Assembly: GCA_025728385.1 (NCBI GenBank)
Contig: JAOBJV010000001.1
Coordinates: 28,046-92,045 of the forward strand
From: Candidatus Lightella neohaematopini
GTDB lineage: Bacteria; Pseudomonadota; Gammaproteobacteria; Enterobacterales; Enterobacteriaceae
Direction: 5' to 3'
DNA length: 64,000 nucleotides
A model generated the notes under the pieces. It was given only the letters and a program-made list of their open reading frames with translations, did no database searches and had not been told where the DNA came from. How positions within the stretch are numbered: the stretch's first letter is position 1; every line of letters begins with the position of its first letter. Of this stretch, positions 21,185 through 33,604 are shown piece after piece. Made by a program: the position numbers and the translations under genes.

Positions 21185-22195
21185 ATGTTTACTATTAAAA
21201 TAACTGATTTAGCAAAACAATTAAATGCTGAATTAATTGGTAATAATAATATAATAATTCATGGTATTACTTCTATTTATAATACAAAAAAAAATTATAT
21301 TACTTTTCTTGCTAATAATAAGTTACGTTTTTTGTTATCCAATTGTAAAGCATCAGCAGTTATTATTAATAAAAATAATATGCCATTTTGTAAAATTACC
21401 TCATTAGTAGTAGATAATCCTTATCTTGCTTATATTTTATTTGCAAAAATAATACATAATACACTATATAATAGTACTAAAACAAATATAAAGAAAAAAA
21501 ATATTTTATTAGGAAAAGATATTAATATTGGTGATAATGTAGTAATAGAAGATAATGTAAAATTAGGAAATAATATTATTATTGGATCAAATTGTTTTAT
21601 TGGTAAAAATGTGATTATTAAAGATAATACTAAATTATTTAATAATGTTACCATTCATAGTGATACTGTAATTGGCAATAATTGTGTTATTCAATCTGGT
21701 ACTGTAATTGGATCAGATGGATTTGGTTATATTAAAGATAAAGAAAAATGGTTAAAAATACCACATTTAGGACGTGTAATTATTAATGATTGTGTAGAAA
21801 TTGGATCATGTACTACTATAGATCGTGGTACATTGGATGATACTATTATTGGTAATGGAGTTATTATAGATAATTTATGTCAAATAGCACATAATGTTAT
21901 AATAGGTAAGTATACAGCTATTGCTGGGGGGGTAATAATTGCTGGTAGTTCACGTATAGGAAATAACTGTTTAGTAGGTGGTGCGACTGTTATTAATGGT
22001 CATATTAGTATTTGTGATAGAGTTACTATTACTGGTATGAGTATGGTAGTACGTTCGATTAAAAAACCTGGAATATATTCTTCTGGAATTCCAACACAAC
22101 AAAATAATAAATGGCGTAAAACAGCAGTGTTAACTATGAATATTAGTAAAATTGATAAACGAATAAAAGTTATTGAACAAAGTATTAATAAATAG
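21185..22195 (+). CDS. lpxD: UDP-3-O-acylglucosamine N-acyltransferase
   Basis: 336 aa. Long hexapeptide-repeat beta-helix with ...GSDGFGY... and ...IAHNVIIG. Confidence 0.94.
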   Translation: MFTIKITDLAKQLNAELIGNNNIIIHGITSIYNTKKNYITFLANNKLRFLLSNCKASAVIINKNNMPFCKITSLVVDNPYLAYILFAKIIHNTLYNSTKTNIKKKNILLGKDINIGDNVVIEDNVKLGNNIIIGSNCFIGKNVIIKDNTKLFNNVTIHSDTVIGNNCVIQSGTVIGSDGFGYIKDKEKWLKIPHLGRVIINDCVEIGSCTTIDRGTLDDTIIGNGVIIDNLCQIAHNVIIGKYTAIAGGVIIAGSSRIGNNCLVGGATVINGHISICDRVTITGMSMVVRSIKKPGIYSSGIPTQQNNKWRKTAVLTMNISKIDKRIKVIEQSINK

Positions 22196-22279
22196 ATAAT
22201 TTTATATTTTTAAATTATTTAAATTTAACTAGTAATAATTTATTTTTTATTAAGGATTATTTTTTAACAGGAATTATTT

Positions 22280-22735
22280 TTGAATATTAATAATTATTCT
22301 TTAAACATAAAAGAAATATTAGAGTTATTACCACATCGATTTCCATTTCTATTAATAGATCATGTGTTGTATTTTGAACAGGGTAAATTTCTACGTGCAA
22401 TAAAAAATGTTTCTTTTAATGAACCATTTTTTCAAGGACATTTTCCTAGAAAACCAATATTTCCTGGAGTACTAATTTTAGAAGCTATAGCACAAGCAAC
22501 TGGTATTTTAGCTTTTAAGAGTGCAAGTAAATTAGCACCAGGAGAATTATACTATTTTGCTGCTGTTAATTCTGCTAGATTTAAAAAACCAGTACAACCA
22601 GGTGATCAAATGATTATTGAGGTAACTTTTATTAAAGAACGTAATGGAATAGCTAAATTTAATGGTATTGTTACAGTATCTAATGTATTAGTTTGTAAAG
22701 CATCCATGATGTGTGCTCGTAGAAAGGATATTTAA
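22280..22735 (+). CDS. fabZ: 3-hydroxyacyl-ACP dehydratase FabZ
   Basis: TTG start. [18 protein letters not shown] and [27 protein letters not shown] are near-identical to E. coli FabZ. Confidence 0.96.
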   Translation: MNINNYSLNIKEILELLPHRFPFLLIDHVLYFEQGKFLRAIKNVSFNEPFFQGHFPRKPIFPGVLILEAIAQATGILAFKSASKLAPGELYYFAAVNSARFKKPVQPGDQMIIEVTFIKERNGIAKFNGIVTVSNVLVCKASMMCARRKDI

Positions 22736-22742
22736 AAATAAA

Positions 22743-23531
22743 ATGATCGATCAGTCTTCTTTTATACATCCTAGTTCTATTATTGAAAAGGGAGCTGTTA
22801 TTCATGCTGATGTATATATTGGTCCATTTTGTTTTATAGGATCACAAGTATGTATAGGAGCAAGAACTAAATTAAAATCACATGTTGTAGTAAATGGTAT
22901 AACAAATATTGGTGAAGATAATAAAATTTATGCTTTTGCTATTTTAGGAGAAGTAAATCAAGATTTAAAGTACAACAGTGAACCTACTAGAGTAGAAATT
23001 GGTGATCGTAATATGATTAGAGAAAATGTTACTGTTCATAGAGGTACTAGACAAGGTAGAAAAGTAACTAAAATTGGTAATGATAATTTACTTATGGGTA
23101 ATACCCATATTGCTCATGATTGTATTATCGGTAATCACTGTATTATGGCTAATAACACTACATTAGGTGGACACGTATCAATTGATGATTATGCTGTTAT
23201 CGGCGGAATGACAGCAATACATCAATTTTGTATTATTGGAGCTTATGTTATGATTGGTGGTTGTTCTGGAGTAGCACAAGATGTACCGCCATGTATTGTA
23301 GCTCATGGTAATCATGCTATTCCTTTTGGTTTAAATACAAAGGGTTTAAAAAAATATGGTTTTTCTAATTATGAATTACATGCTGTTAATATGGCATATA
23401 AAATTATATATAGAAATGGTAATACCATAAAAAAAGCTAAATTAGAATTAACTAAACTCGCACAACATAATCCAATAATAACTATTTTTTTAGATTTTTT
23501 ATCTCGTTCAAAAAGAGGTATTATTCGTTAG
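22743..23531 (+). CDS. lpxA: acyl-ACP:UDP-N-acetylglucosamine O-acyltransferase
   Basis: The ORF track starts at 22713 inside fabZ. ATG at 22743 gives [20 protein letters not shown]..., aligned to the E. coli LpxA start, and 262 aa. Hexapeptide repeats are present. Confidence 0.95.
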   Translation: MIDQSSFIHPSSIIEKGAVIHADVYIGPFCFIGSQVCIGARTKLKSHVVVNGITNIGEDNKIYAFAILGEVNQDLKYNSEPTRVEIGDRNMIRENVTVHRGTRQGRKVTKIGNDNLLMGNTHIAHDCIIGNHCIMANNTTLGGHVSIDDYAVIGGMTAIHQFCIIGAYVMIGGCSGVAQDVPPCIVAHGNHAIPFGLNTKGLKKYGFSNYELHAVNMAYKIIYRNGNTIKKAKLELTKLAQHNPIITIFLDFLSRSKRGIIR

Positions 23532-23540
23532 TATTGTACT

Positions 23541-24695
23541 ATGACTAAATTAGTTACTATTGGTTTAGTAGTTGGTGAATTTTCTGGTGATTTAATAGGT
23601 GCTAAATTAATAAAAAATATAAAAAAATATTTGCGGAATGTTAATTTCGTTGGTATTGCTGGACCGTTAATGCAATTAGAAGGAATGAAAACTTGGTTTA
23701 ATATTAATGAATTAATGTTATTTGGTATTACAAATATAATTCCCCATTTATCAAAAATTAGATTTATTAAATATGATGTTTTAAGTAAATTAATAAGTGC
23801 TAATATTAATATTTTTATCGGTATAGATAGTCCAGAAATTAATATTTTTTTGGAAACTAGATTAAAAAAACTGGGTATTTATACTATTCATTATGTTAGT
23901 CCATCAATTTGGGCTTGGCGTAAAAAAAGAATCAAAAAATTAAAATACGCTACTAATAATGTACTTATTACATTTCCATTTGAAAAAAAATTTTACAAAC
24001 ATTATGATGTTAATTATAAATTTGTTGGTCATCCTATAGCAGAAGATTTACCACTTTATCCAAACAAAATTTTAATGAGAAAAAAATTAAATATAGATAG
24101 TCATAGTTTATGTTTAGTAATGTTACCAGGTAGTCGTAGAATAGAAATAGATATGATTAGTGTTAGTTTTCTTAAATGTATATTAATTTTAAAAAGTATT
24201 CTTCCTAATTTAGTTGTTATTGTACCATTAAATAATCAAGATCGTATTAATCAATTTACTAGAATTAAAAATAGTATTATTCCTAACATTGATATAAGGA
24301 TAATGAATTATCCAGCATACCAAATCATGGTAGCTTCTGATATAGCTCTATTAGCTTCAGGTACAGCAACATTAGAATGTATGATAGCTAAATGTCCAAT
24401 GGTAGTTGGCTATCGTATTCCATTATTGGATTTTATTATTGCAAAGATATTAGTTCGTATTAAATGGATATCACTACCTAATTTACTAGCTAATAAATAT
24501 ATAGTTAATGAATATATACAAGATAATCTTAAACCAGAATTGTTAGCATCTACAATAATTAAAATTATTCTAAATAAATGTTATCAACGTAAAATTAAAA
24601 ATATTTTTGTTGATCTGCATAAAAAAATAAATTTTAATGCTAGTGAAAAAGTAACAAAAATAGTATTACAAACCATTAATAATAATTTACATTAA
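23541..24695 (+). CDS. lpxB: lipid-A-disaccharide synthase
   Basis: 384 aa. ...GEFSGDLIGAKLI..., ...YVSPSIWAWRKKR..., and LPGSRRIEI. Confidence 0.94.
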   Translation: MTKLVTIGLVVGEFSGDLIGAKLIKNIKKYLRNVNFVGIAGPLMQLEGMKTWFNINELMLFGITNIIPHLSKIRFIKYDVLSKLISANINIFIGIDSPEINIFLETRLKKLGIYTIHYVSPSIWAWRKKRIKKLKYATNNVLITFPFEKKFYKHYDVNYKFVGHPIAEDLPLYPNKILMRKKLNIDSHSLCLVMLPGSRRIEIDMISVSFLKCILILKSILPNLVVIVPLNNQDRINQFTRIKNSIIPNIDIRIMNYPAYQIMVASDIALLASGTATLECMIAKCPMVVGYRIPLLDFIIAKILVRIKWISLPNLLANKYIVNEYIQDNLKPELLASTIIKIILNKCYQRKIKNIFVDLHKKINFNASEKVTKIVLQTINNNLH

Positions 24696-24716
24696 ATAAT
24701 ATAATTTATAATTATT

Positions 24717-27503
24717 ATGTTACCTAAATTTATACATTTACATATAAGAAGTGAATATTCTATAATAGATGGATTGTCTAATATTAATCAATTATTAAAT
24801 CAAGCAGTAAAATTTAATATGCCTGCATTAGCAATTACTGATTTTACTAATTTATATGGTGTAATAAAATTTTATAATATTGCTTATAAATTAGGTATAA
24901 AACCAATTATTGGTGCTGATTTTATTATTAAAGATTACAGTAATAGTTATCAATCATATGCAATTACAATATTAGTAATGAATAATATTGGTTATAGTAA
25001 TTTAATTTACTTAATATCTAAAGCACATAAATATAAAATAAATACATCTAATGTTTTCATTTATCGTGATTGGTTAAAATATCATAATTCTGGATTAATT
25101 ATTTTATCTGGAGCACAATTTGGTGATATAGGACAATGTCTATTATATAATCAAAATAATAAACTAAATTATTATATTTCGTTCTATAAAACTTATTTTA
25201 AAAATAGTTTCTATTTAGAAATTACACGTAACGGTTTTGAATTAGAAAATGAGTATTTAAATAAAGTTATTAATTTATCTATAGATCAAGATTTACCATT
25301 ATTAGCAACTAATAATGTTAGATTTTTAAAAAAAGATGATTTTGAAACACATACAGTTAGAGTTGCTATTAGCAATGGTAGTTATGTAAATAGTAATAAA
25401 AATTTATCTGTTTCTTATAGTAAAGAACAATATATGAAAAATGAAGAAGAAATGTGTTTATTATTTAATGACATACCAGAATCACTAGTTAATAGTGTTG
25501 AATTGGCTAAAAGGTGTAATGTAACTATTACATTAGGCAAATATTTACTACCAAAATTTAATGTACCAAAAAAATATACTGCTGAAAAGTATTTAATAAA
25601 AATTTCTAAACAGGGATTAATAAACAGATTAAAAAATAATTTTACCAATAAAATTATAAGAAATAAAAAATGGATTACTTATTATCAAAGATTAAATTTA
25701 GAATTAAATACTATTATTAAGACCGGTTTTACTAATTATTTTTTAATAGTATCAGAATTTATTAACTGGGCAAAAAATAATAATATACCTGTTGGTCCTG
25801 GACGGGGATCTGGAGCTGGATCATTAGTAGCTTATGCTTTAAATATTACTGAACTAGATCCATTATTATTTGGTTTAATTTTTGAAAGATTTTTAAATAG
25901 AGAAAGATTATCTATGCCTGACTTAGATATTGATTTTTGTATGGAAAAACGAGATTTAGTAATTAATTATGTTGTTAATAAATATGGTATAGATAATGTA
26001 GCGCAAATTATTACTTTTGGTACTTTAACTGCCAAAGCAGTTATTCGAGATGTTGGTCGTGTTCTTGGATATCATTATAATTTTGTAGATAAAATTGCTA
26101 GATTAATTCCTATGGATTTTGGTATAACTTTAAAAAAAGCAATTTTAATTGAATCTAAGTTAGCTAAATTATTTAGTAGTAATGAAGATGTAAAAATTAT
26201 ATTGAATATGGCTTTTAAATTAGAAGGAGTAATTCGTAATGTTAGTAGGCATGCTGGAGGAATTGTTATTACACCAAGTAAAATCATTAATTTTGCCCCA
26301 CTATATTTTGATGATAAAAGTAATTATGCAGCAATACAATTAGATAAAACTGATATAGTTAAGATTGGTTTAGTTAAATTTGATTTTTTAGGTTTAAGAA
26401 CTTTAACAATTATTAATCATACTATTAATATGATTAATAAAAAAAATACAAGATTAGGATTAAATAATATTAGTTTATCTAATATTAAGTTAAATGATAA
26501 GAATAGTTTTATTTTATTAAATAAAATAAATACTAATGCAGTTTTTCAATTAGAATCAAAAGGTATGCAAGATTTAATAAGAAGATTAAAACCAGACTCT
26601 TTTGAAGATATTATTGCGTTAATAGCTTTATTTCGTCCTGGACCATTACAATCTGGTATGGTAGATAATTTTATTAATCGCAAACACGGTATAGAAAAAA
26701 TTTATTATCCTGATATTAATTGGCAACACGATTTATTAAAACCAATTTTAAAATCTACCTATGGTATTATTTTATATCAAGAGCAAGTTATACAAATAGC
26801 ACAAGTATTAGCTGGTTACAGCTTTATTGATGCTGATATATTACGTCAAGTAATCAGTAAAAAAAATTTTACAGAAATGGATAAACAAAAATTATTATTT
26901 ATTAATAATGCTAAAAAAAATAATATTAATAAACAATTAGCTACTAAAATATTTTATTTCTTAGAAAAATTCGTTCATTATGGATTTAATAAATCTCATT
27001 CTACTGCATATGCATTATTATCTTATTATACGTTATGGTTAAAAGCTAATTATCCAGCAGAATTTTTATCATCTGTAATGACAAATAATATAAATAATCA
27101 AAAAAAATTATCCATTTTAATTCAAGAATGTGCTCTTATGAATATAAGAGTTATGTTACCAGAAATTAATTATAGTCAATATCATTGTTATGTTCATAAT
27201 AACATTATTATATGTGGCTTAGGCATGATTAATGGTTTAGGATCTAACATAGCTAAAGAAATTATTAAAAAACGTAGTCAGGGAAAGTTTAAAAATTTAT
27301 TAGATTTTTGTATTCGTGTTGACACTGGAATAGTTAATAGATCTATAATTAAACAATTAATAAAATTTAATGTATTTCGTCTATTAAAAATAACTAATAA
27401 ATCTAATGAAGATTATATTGATAATATTATAAATAAATCTAAACAATATAGTAGTTATTCAAAGCATCAAACTGATATGTTTATGTGTGTAATTGATAAA
27501 TAA
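24717..27503 (+). CDS. dnaE: DNA polymerase III alpha subunit, C-terminally short (928 aa)
   Basis: PHP domain FIHLHIRSEYS, GPGRGSGAGSLVAYALNITELDP, catalytic PDLDIDF, VKFDFLGLRTL, and FNKSHSTAYA. The protein ends ...HQTDMFMCVIDK. TAA at 27501 is followed by 30 nt and then accA. Confidence 0.94.
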   Translation: MLPKFIHLHIRSEYSIIDGLSNINQLLNQAVKFNMPALAITDFTNLYGVIKFYNIAYKLGIKPIIGADFIIKDYSNSYQSYAITILVMNNIGYSNLIYLISKAHKYKINTSNVFIYRDWLKYHNSGLIILSGAQFGDIGQCLLYNQNNKLNYYISFYKTYFKNSFYLEITRNGFELENEYLNKVINLSIDQDLPLLATNNVRFLKKDDFETHTVRVAISNGSYVNSNKNLSVSYSKEQYMKNEEEMCLLFNDIPESLVNSVELAKRCNVTITLGKYLLPKFNVPKKYTAEKYLIKISKQGLINRLKNNFTNKIIRNKKWITYYQRLNLELNTIIKTGFTNYFLIVSEFINWAKNNNIPVGPGRGSGAGSLVAYALNITELDPLLFGLIFERFLNRERLSMPDLDIDFCMEKRDLVINYVVNKYGIDNVAQIITFGTLTAKAVIRDVGRVLGYHYNFVDKIARLIPMDFGITLKKAILIESKLAKLFSSNEDVKIILNMAFKLEGVIRNVSRHAGGIVITPSKIINFAPLYFDDKSNYAAIQLDKTDIVKIGLVKFDFLGLRTLTIINHTINMINKKNTRLGLNNISLSNIKLNDKNSFILLNKINTNAVFQLESKGMQDLIRRLKPDSFEDIIALIALFRPGPLQSGMVDNFINRKHGIEKIYYPDINWQHDLLKPILKSTYGIILYQEQVIQIAQVLAGYSFIDADILRQVISKKNFTEMDKQKLLFINNAKKNNINKQLATKIFYFLEKFVHYGFNKSHSTAYALLSYYTLWLKANYPAEFLSSVMTNNINNQKKLSILIQECALMNIRVMLPEINYSQYHCYVHNNIIICGLGMINGLGSNIAKEIIKKRSQGKFKNLLDFCIRVDTGIVNRSIIKQLIKFNVFRLLKITNKSNEDYIDNIINKSKQYSSYSKHQTDMFMCVIDK

Positions 27504-27533
27504 TAGTATTAATAATTTTAAGTGTAAAATATT

Positions 27534-28499
27534 ATGAATCTAGAATATCTTGATTTTGAACAACCAATTATAAAGTTAGAAGAAAAGATTAATTTATTAA
27601 GTCTTAATGATAAAATGAAAATAAATGATGTTGATTTATCTAATAAAATTAATAAATTAAAAAAAATAAGTATTAAATTAACTAATAAAATATTTTCTAA
27701 TTTAAATAAATGGCAAATAATACAATTAGCAAGACATCCATTAAGACCTCATACTATAGATTATATTAATACGATCTTTACTGATTTTGATGAACTATCT
27801 GGTGATCGTATGTTTTCTGATGATAAAGCTATTATTGGAGGCATTGCACGTTTAGAATCATATTCAGTAATGATAATAGGTCATGAAAAAGGTCGTAGTA
27901 TCAAAGATAAAATTAGGCGTAATTTTGGTATGCCGTCACCGGAAGGTTATCGAAAAGCTCTTAGATTAATGCGTATGGCTAATAATTTTGATATTCCAAT
28001 AATTACTTTTATTGATACTCCAGGAGCTTATCCTGGCATAGAAGCTGAAGAACGTGGGCAAGCAGAAGCAATAGCAAGAAATTTATTAGAAATGTCTCAT
28101 TTAAGTGTACCAATAATATGTATTATAATAGGTGAAGGTGGATCTGGAGGTGCTTTAGCTATTGGAGTAGGTGATAAAATTAATATGTTACAATATAGTA
28201 TTTATTCAGTTATATCTCCAGAAGGATGTGCTGCATTATTATGGAAAGATAGCAGTAAAATATTATCATCTATTAAATCAATGAACATGACTGCAATAAA
28301 TTTAAAAAAATTAAAATTAATTGATAATATTATCAATGAACCTCTAGGTGGAGCTCATAAAAATTTGCAATTAACTGCAACAAATATAAAAAAACAATTA
28401 CTAGTAGATTTAAATAAATTAAAACTTTTAAGTAAAAAACAATTATTAAAAAATCGTTATCACAAGTTAATTAACTATAATTATGAATTATACATGTAA
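27534..28499 (+). CDS. accA: acetyl-CoA carboxylase carboxyltransferase alpha subunit
   Basis: 321 aa. [16 protein letters not shown], and [26 protein letters not shown]. Confidence 0.96.
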   Translation: MNLEYLDFEQPIIKLEEKINLLSLNDKMKINDVDLSNKINKLKKISIKLTNKIFSNLNKWQIIQLARHPLRPHTIDYINTIFTDFDELSGDRMFSDDKAIIGGIARLESYSVMIIGHEKGRSIKDKIRRNFGMPSPEGYRKALRLMRMANNFDIPIITFIDTPGAYPGIEAEERGQAEAIARNLLEMSHLSVPIICIIIGEGGSGGALAIGVGDKINMLQYSIYSVISPEGCAALLWKDSSKILSSIKSMNMTAINLKKLKLIDNIINEPLGGAHKNLQLTATNIKKQLLVDLNKLKLLSKKQLLKNRYHKLINYNYELYM

Positions 28500-28504
28500 A
28501 TAAA

Positions 28505-29884
28505 GTGATTGATAAAGACTACACAGAGTACTTACAACAACAAGTAATAAAATTTATTCATCCATATAATTATTTATTATTGGCCTTTAGCGGTGGTTTA
28601 GATTCTATAGTTTTATTAGATATAATTACAATGTTACGTAATAAATATAATAATATATTTTTAAGAGCGTGTTACATTGATCATCAACGAAGTAGTTTAT
28701 CTTCTAATCAATGGTTACATCATTGTATTTATGAATGTAAACGACGTGATGTATCATTTATATATGATGTTATTAAAGTTAATAAAGGTAATTTTGAACA
28801 AAGTGCGCGTAATCAAAGGTATAAAAAACTACTAAAAGTTATAAAATATAATGAAGTATTAGTTACTGCACATCATCAAAATGATCAAGTAGAAACATTT
28901 TTTTTAGCATTGAAAAGGGGTAGTGGCCCGAGAGGACTATCAGCTATGCCAATAGATCAACCATTTTATCATAGTAGATTATTAAGACCTTTATTAAATT
29001 GTTCAAAAGCAATGTTGCTATCTTATGCTAATAAAAATAAATTAAATTGGGTGAATGATAATAGTAATTATGATAATACTTTAGATCGTAATTTTTTGAG
29101 AAATAACATTATACCCTTATTGCAAAAAAGATGGAATAATTTTTGTCAAAATGTTACTTTAAGTACTTATTTATGTGCTCATCAAGAACAGTTAATTAAT
29201 ATATTATTAAATAAAATAATTTATAGTATGATGTTTCATGATGAATCATTAATAGTAGATAATATGATTGGTATGAGTATAATTTATTGTTTAGCTATTT
29301 TACGTTTTTGGTTAATAAAAAAAGTTTTTATATCATGTTCTTATAAAAAATTAAATATAATATGGAATGAAGTAGCTTTAAGTAGAAATGATTCATTAGC
29401 TAAATTTTATATAAGTAATTTTATAGTACAAAAATTTAAAAATCGTTTATATGTACATAAATTTAGTAATCGATATAAGGATTTTTGTAGTAAAACTATT
29501 ATATTTACGTCAACTAATAATTACAAAAGAATTTTATTACCTCTAAATTTGGGAGAAATTTTATTTTTAACAATAAATAATATTAATAATAAAAAACTAA
29601 TATCTATTGTGAAAGCACCAGCTGTAACAGATATTGTATCAATACGTTTTAATATAAAAAGTAAGACATTAATAAAATTAGTACATACTAAGCACCATAT
29701 TACTTTAAAAAAAATTTGGAAAATATTATCAGTACCTCCATGGCAAAGAAAAATTATACCTATACTATTTTATAATAATAAGTTAATTGCAGCTATAGGA
29801 TATTTTGTTACTGCACATGGTGCACCAATTAATAGTAATCATTGGTATTTATATTGGCTTAATAAAAATAAATATCTTTATTAA
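28505..29884 (+). CDS. tilS: tRNA(Ile)-lysidine synthetase
   Basis: GTG start. PP-loop LAFSGGLDS and ...HHQNDQVETFFL.... Its substrate gene ileX is also in the window at 48540..48614. Confidence 0.9.
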   Translation: MIDKDYTEYLQQQVIKFIHPYNYLLLAFSGGLDSIVLLDIITMLRNKYNNIFLRACYIDHQRSSLSSNQWLHHCIYECKRRDVSFIYDVIKVNKGNFEQSARNQRYKKLLKVIKYNEVLVTAHHQNDQVETFFLALKRGSGPRGLSAMPIDQPFYHSRLLRPLLNCSKAMLLSYANKNKLNWVNDNSNYDNTLDRNFLRNNIIPLLQKRWNNFCQNVTLSTYLCAHQEQLINILLNKIIYSMMFHDESLIVDNMIGMSIIYCLAILRFWLIKKVFISCSYKKLNIIWNEVALSRNDSLAKFYISNFIVQKFKNRLYVHKFSNRYKDFCSKTIIFTSTNNYKRILLPLNLGEILFLTINNINNKKLISIVKAPAVTDIVSIRFNIKSKTLIKLVHTKHHITLKKIWKILSVPPWQRKIIPILFYNNKLIAAIGYFVTAHGAPINSNHWYLYWLNKNKYLY

Positions 29885-31515
29885 ATTATATTCTTTATTC
29901 GTCTTAGTAAAAATTGTACTATATTATTACTATTAACTGAAATAATAGTATTATTAATACGGTCTTTATATTCTATTATTCCTTTATTTAAATTATTTTT
30001 ACTAATAATTAATATATTAGGAATACCGATTAATTCTATATCATGTAACATAACACCAAAATATTCTTTACGATCATAAAAAAGAGTATCTATATTATAG
30101 TATAATAATTTTTTATAAATATATTCTGTTGTATTTTTTACTTCTATTGAAGAATAGAAATTAATTGGTATTAATGCCACATTAAATGGTGCAATCATAG
30201 GTGGCCATTTTATACCATATTGATCATTATTTTGTTCAATAATAGCTGCGATTAATCTTGTTATTCCTATACCATAACACCCCATAATTAATTCTGTTTT
30301 ATTATTATCCTTTTTTATATAAACTTTCATAGGATGAGAATATTTTGTTCCTAGTTGAAAAATATGAGCAATTTCTATTGCATCATTTTTGGTTTGATTA
30401 TTAAAATTAATATTTTTATTACATAAATTTTTTATTTCTGGTAAAACTAAATCTTTACCCCAATTAACGTTTATCAAGTATTCTTCATCTATATTGTTAC
30501 TAGTAACAAAATTTTTCATGTTAGCAACATCATAATCAATAATTATTGGTATTGATAAATTTAGTATACCAATAACACTATTATTAATTTTTAATATATG
30601 TTTAATATCATTTTTAGTAGCTAATTCAATTGGTAATTTCAAATTTAATATTTTACTAATATAAACTAAATTTAGTTCTTTATCTGCTCTAATAACTAAA
30701 GCTAATAATGAACTATTATATTTTAGTAAATTACTATTACGTATAATAATTACTTTAACTATCTTTTTTATAGATATATGTAATTTATTTGATAACTCAT
30801 CTATAGAATTAATATTTGGTATCTTTATTAATTTTAATTCTTTAAAATTTTTAGTTTCACTAAAATTATTAATTTTTCTAGCATAGAATTCATGAGATAT
30901 ATCTCCTCCAATAAATCCAGTATCTGCTTGAGCAACAAAAAAATTAATTTTCATACAATCAAATATTTTTTTATATAAATGAAAAATCTTATTATATGTT
31001 TTTTGTAATGAAAATTTATTAGAATGAAATGAATAAGCATCTTTCATAATGAATTCTCTAGAACGTATTACTCCAAGACAAGGTCTAATTTCATCACGAA
31101 ATTTATATTGTATTTGATAAAAAATTGTTGGTAAATTTTTATAGGAATGAATTTCGTTATGAACTAAATTTAGTATTACTTCCTCATTAGTTGGTCCTAA
31201 AATATATTTTATTTGTTTACGATCAACAACAGACATAATTTCTAAATTACTAATTTTTAATCTACCGCTTTTTTTCCATAAATATTCTGGTTGCATTATT
31301 GGCATCATTAATTCTATGGCATCTATACTATTCATATATTTTTTAATAAGACTGATTACTTTATTTAAAACACGCATACCAATAGGTAACCAAATATAAA
31401 TTCCTTTGGATGATTTACGAATCATACCAGAACGTAACATTAACCTATAACTAGTACTTTCTATATTAGAAAAAATATTTTTACTTGTAAAAATTGGGTA
31501 TTTACTAACACGCAT
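29881..31515 (-). CDS. proS: prolyl-tRNA synthetase
   Basis: 544 aa. ...MLRSGMIRK..GIYIWLPIG..., class II motifs FRDEIRPCLGVIRSREFIMKDAYSF and ...GCYGIGITRLIAAIIEQ. Confidence 0.94.
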   Translation of the reverse strand: MRVSKYPIFTSKNIFSNIESTSYRLMLRSGMIRKSSKGIYIWLPIGMRVLNKVISLIKKYMNSIDAIELMMPIMQPEYLWKKSGRLKISNLEIMSVVDRKQIKYILGPTNEEVILNLVHNEIHSYKNLPTIFYQIQYKFRDEIRPCLGVIRSREFIMKDAYSFHSNKFSLQKTYNKIFHLYKKIFDCMKINFFVAQADTGFIGGDISHEFYARKINNFSETKNFKELKLIKIPNINSIDELSNKLHISIKKIVKVIIIRNSNLLKYNSSLLALVIRADKELNLVYISKILNLKLPIELATKNDIKHILKINNSVIGILNLSIPIIIDYDVANMKNFVTSNNIDEEYLINVNWGKDLVLPEIKNLCNKNINFNNQTKNDAIEIAHIFQLGTKYSHPMKVYIKKDNNKTELIMGCYGIGITRLIAAIIEQNNDQYGIKWPPMIAPFNVALIPINFYSSIEVKNTTEYIYKKLLYYNIDTLFYDRKEYFGVMLHDIELIGIPNILIISKNNLNKGIIEYKDRINNTIISVNSNNIVQFLLRRIKNII

Positions 31516-31628
31516 AATATTAAATAAATATTAACTAATAAATAAAAATGTTAATACTATCCTGATAGTATTAATATTTCAATTTAAATAAAACTATAAC
31601 CATAATTATTTATTTATAATAAATCAAC

Positions 31629-31656
31629 TTGACATAATAAAAAAACAGTGTACGCT
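31629..31656 (+). promoter_or_regulatory. candidate rrn promoter (TTGACA, 16 bp, TACGCT)
   Basis: A perfect -35 hexamer lies at 31629-31634 and a weak -10 at 31651-31656, about 18 nt upstream of boxA. The -10 assignment is uncertain. Confidence 0.35.
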
Positions 31657-31673
31657 TTTTTATTTATATTAGT

Positions 31674-31685
31674 TGTTCTTTAACA
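31674..31685 (+). promoter_or_regulatory. rrn leader boxA antitermination element
   Basis: tgttctttaaca(g) compared with the E. coli rrn boxA TGCTCTTTAACAA. It sits in the leader about 115 nt upstream of the 16S 5' end. Confidence 0.7.
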
Positions 31686-31707
31686 GTAAATTGTGTAGGC
31701 ACTCAAG
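31686..31707 (+). other. 5' arm of the 16S precursor processing (RNase III-type) stem
   Basis: gtaaattgtgtaggcactcaag pairs with 33399-33420 (cttgagtgtctacataaattac). The pairing is 19 Watson-Crick pairs, 2 G:U and 1 mismatch over 22 positions. Confidence 0.75.
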
Positions 31708-31800
31708 ATCAATAATAGCACTATTTAGATAGTAATATTGAAATATACAATATAAGTTAATTACTTATTAAAGTATGTTTTGTGTTACTGTCTTATAATC

Positions 31801-33371
<1,571 letters not shown>

Positions 33372-33398
33372 CTTATTAAGTAAATAATAAGTATATAC

Positions 33399-33420
33399 CT
33401 TGAGTGTCTACATAAATTAC
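33399..33420 (+). other. 3' arm of the 16S precursor processing stem
   Basis: It is complementary to 31686-31707 (see that feature). It lies 28 nt after the mature 16S 3' end and before tRNA-Ile. Confidence 0.75.
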
Positions 33421-33431
33421 TGTATAAATAT

Positions 33432-33506
33432 AGGCTTGTAGCTCAGTTTGGTTAGAGCACACCCCTGATAAGGGTGAGGTCAGTGGTTCAAATCCACTCA
33501 AGCCTA
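33432..33506 (+). tRNA. ileV: tRNA-Ile (anticodon GAT)
   Basis: aggcttgtagctcag...cacccctgataagggtg...ggttcaaatccactcaagccta is near-identical to E. coli tRNA-Ile1. No CCA is encoded; aaa follows. Confidence 0.95.
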
Positions 33507-33521
33507 AAATAAAATAATTTT

Positions 33522-33594
33522 GGGGCTATAGCTTAGTTGGTAGAGCATCTGTTTTGCACACAGAAGGTCAGCGGTTCAAATCCGCTTAGCTCCA
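33522..33594 (+). tRNA. alaV: tRNA-Ala (anticodon TGC)
   Basis: ggggctatagcttagttggtagagcatctgttttgcacacagaaggtcagcggttcaaatccgcttagctcca has the G3:U70 identity pair. No CCA is encoded. Confidence 0.95.
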
Positions 33595-33604
33595 GATTAG
33601 TATA

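Noticed and set aside
21430-26287. Short antisense ORFs 21430..21654, 25415..25648 and 26075..26287
   Set aside because: They are antisense to lpxD and dnaE and have hydrophobic low-complexity translations. They are not supported as genes.
31551-31574. 11+11 bp palindrome ttaatactatc-ct-gatagtattaa between proS and the rrn promoter, considered as a possible operator or Fis-like site
   Set aside because: A rough estimate suggests an 11-bp inverted repeat at short spacing is expected about once per window of this size and composition. It has no match to a known operator consensus, so I kept it only as a note.
33595-33604. Possible degraded 23S/5S remnant between tRNA-Ala and tRNA-Asp
   Set aside because: Only 10 nt are present, so nothing is left to align. 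The 44-nt Asp-Trp spacer is likewise AT-only.
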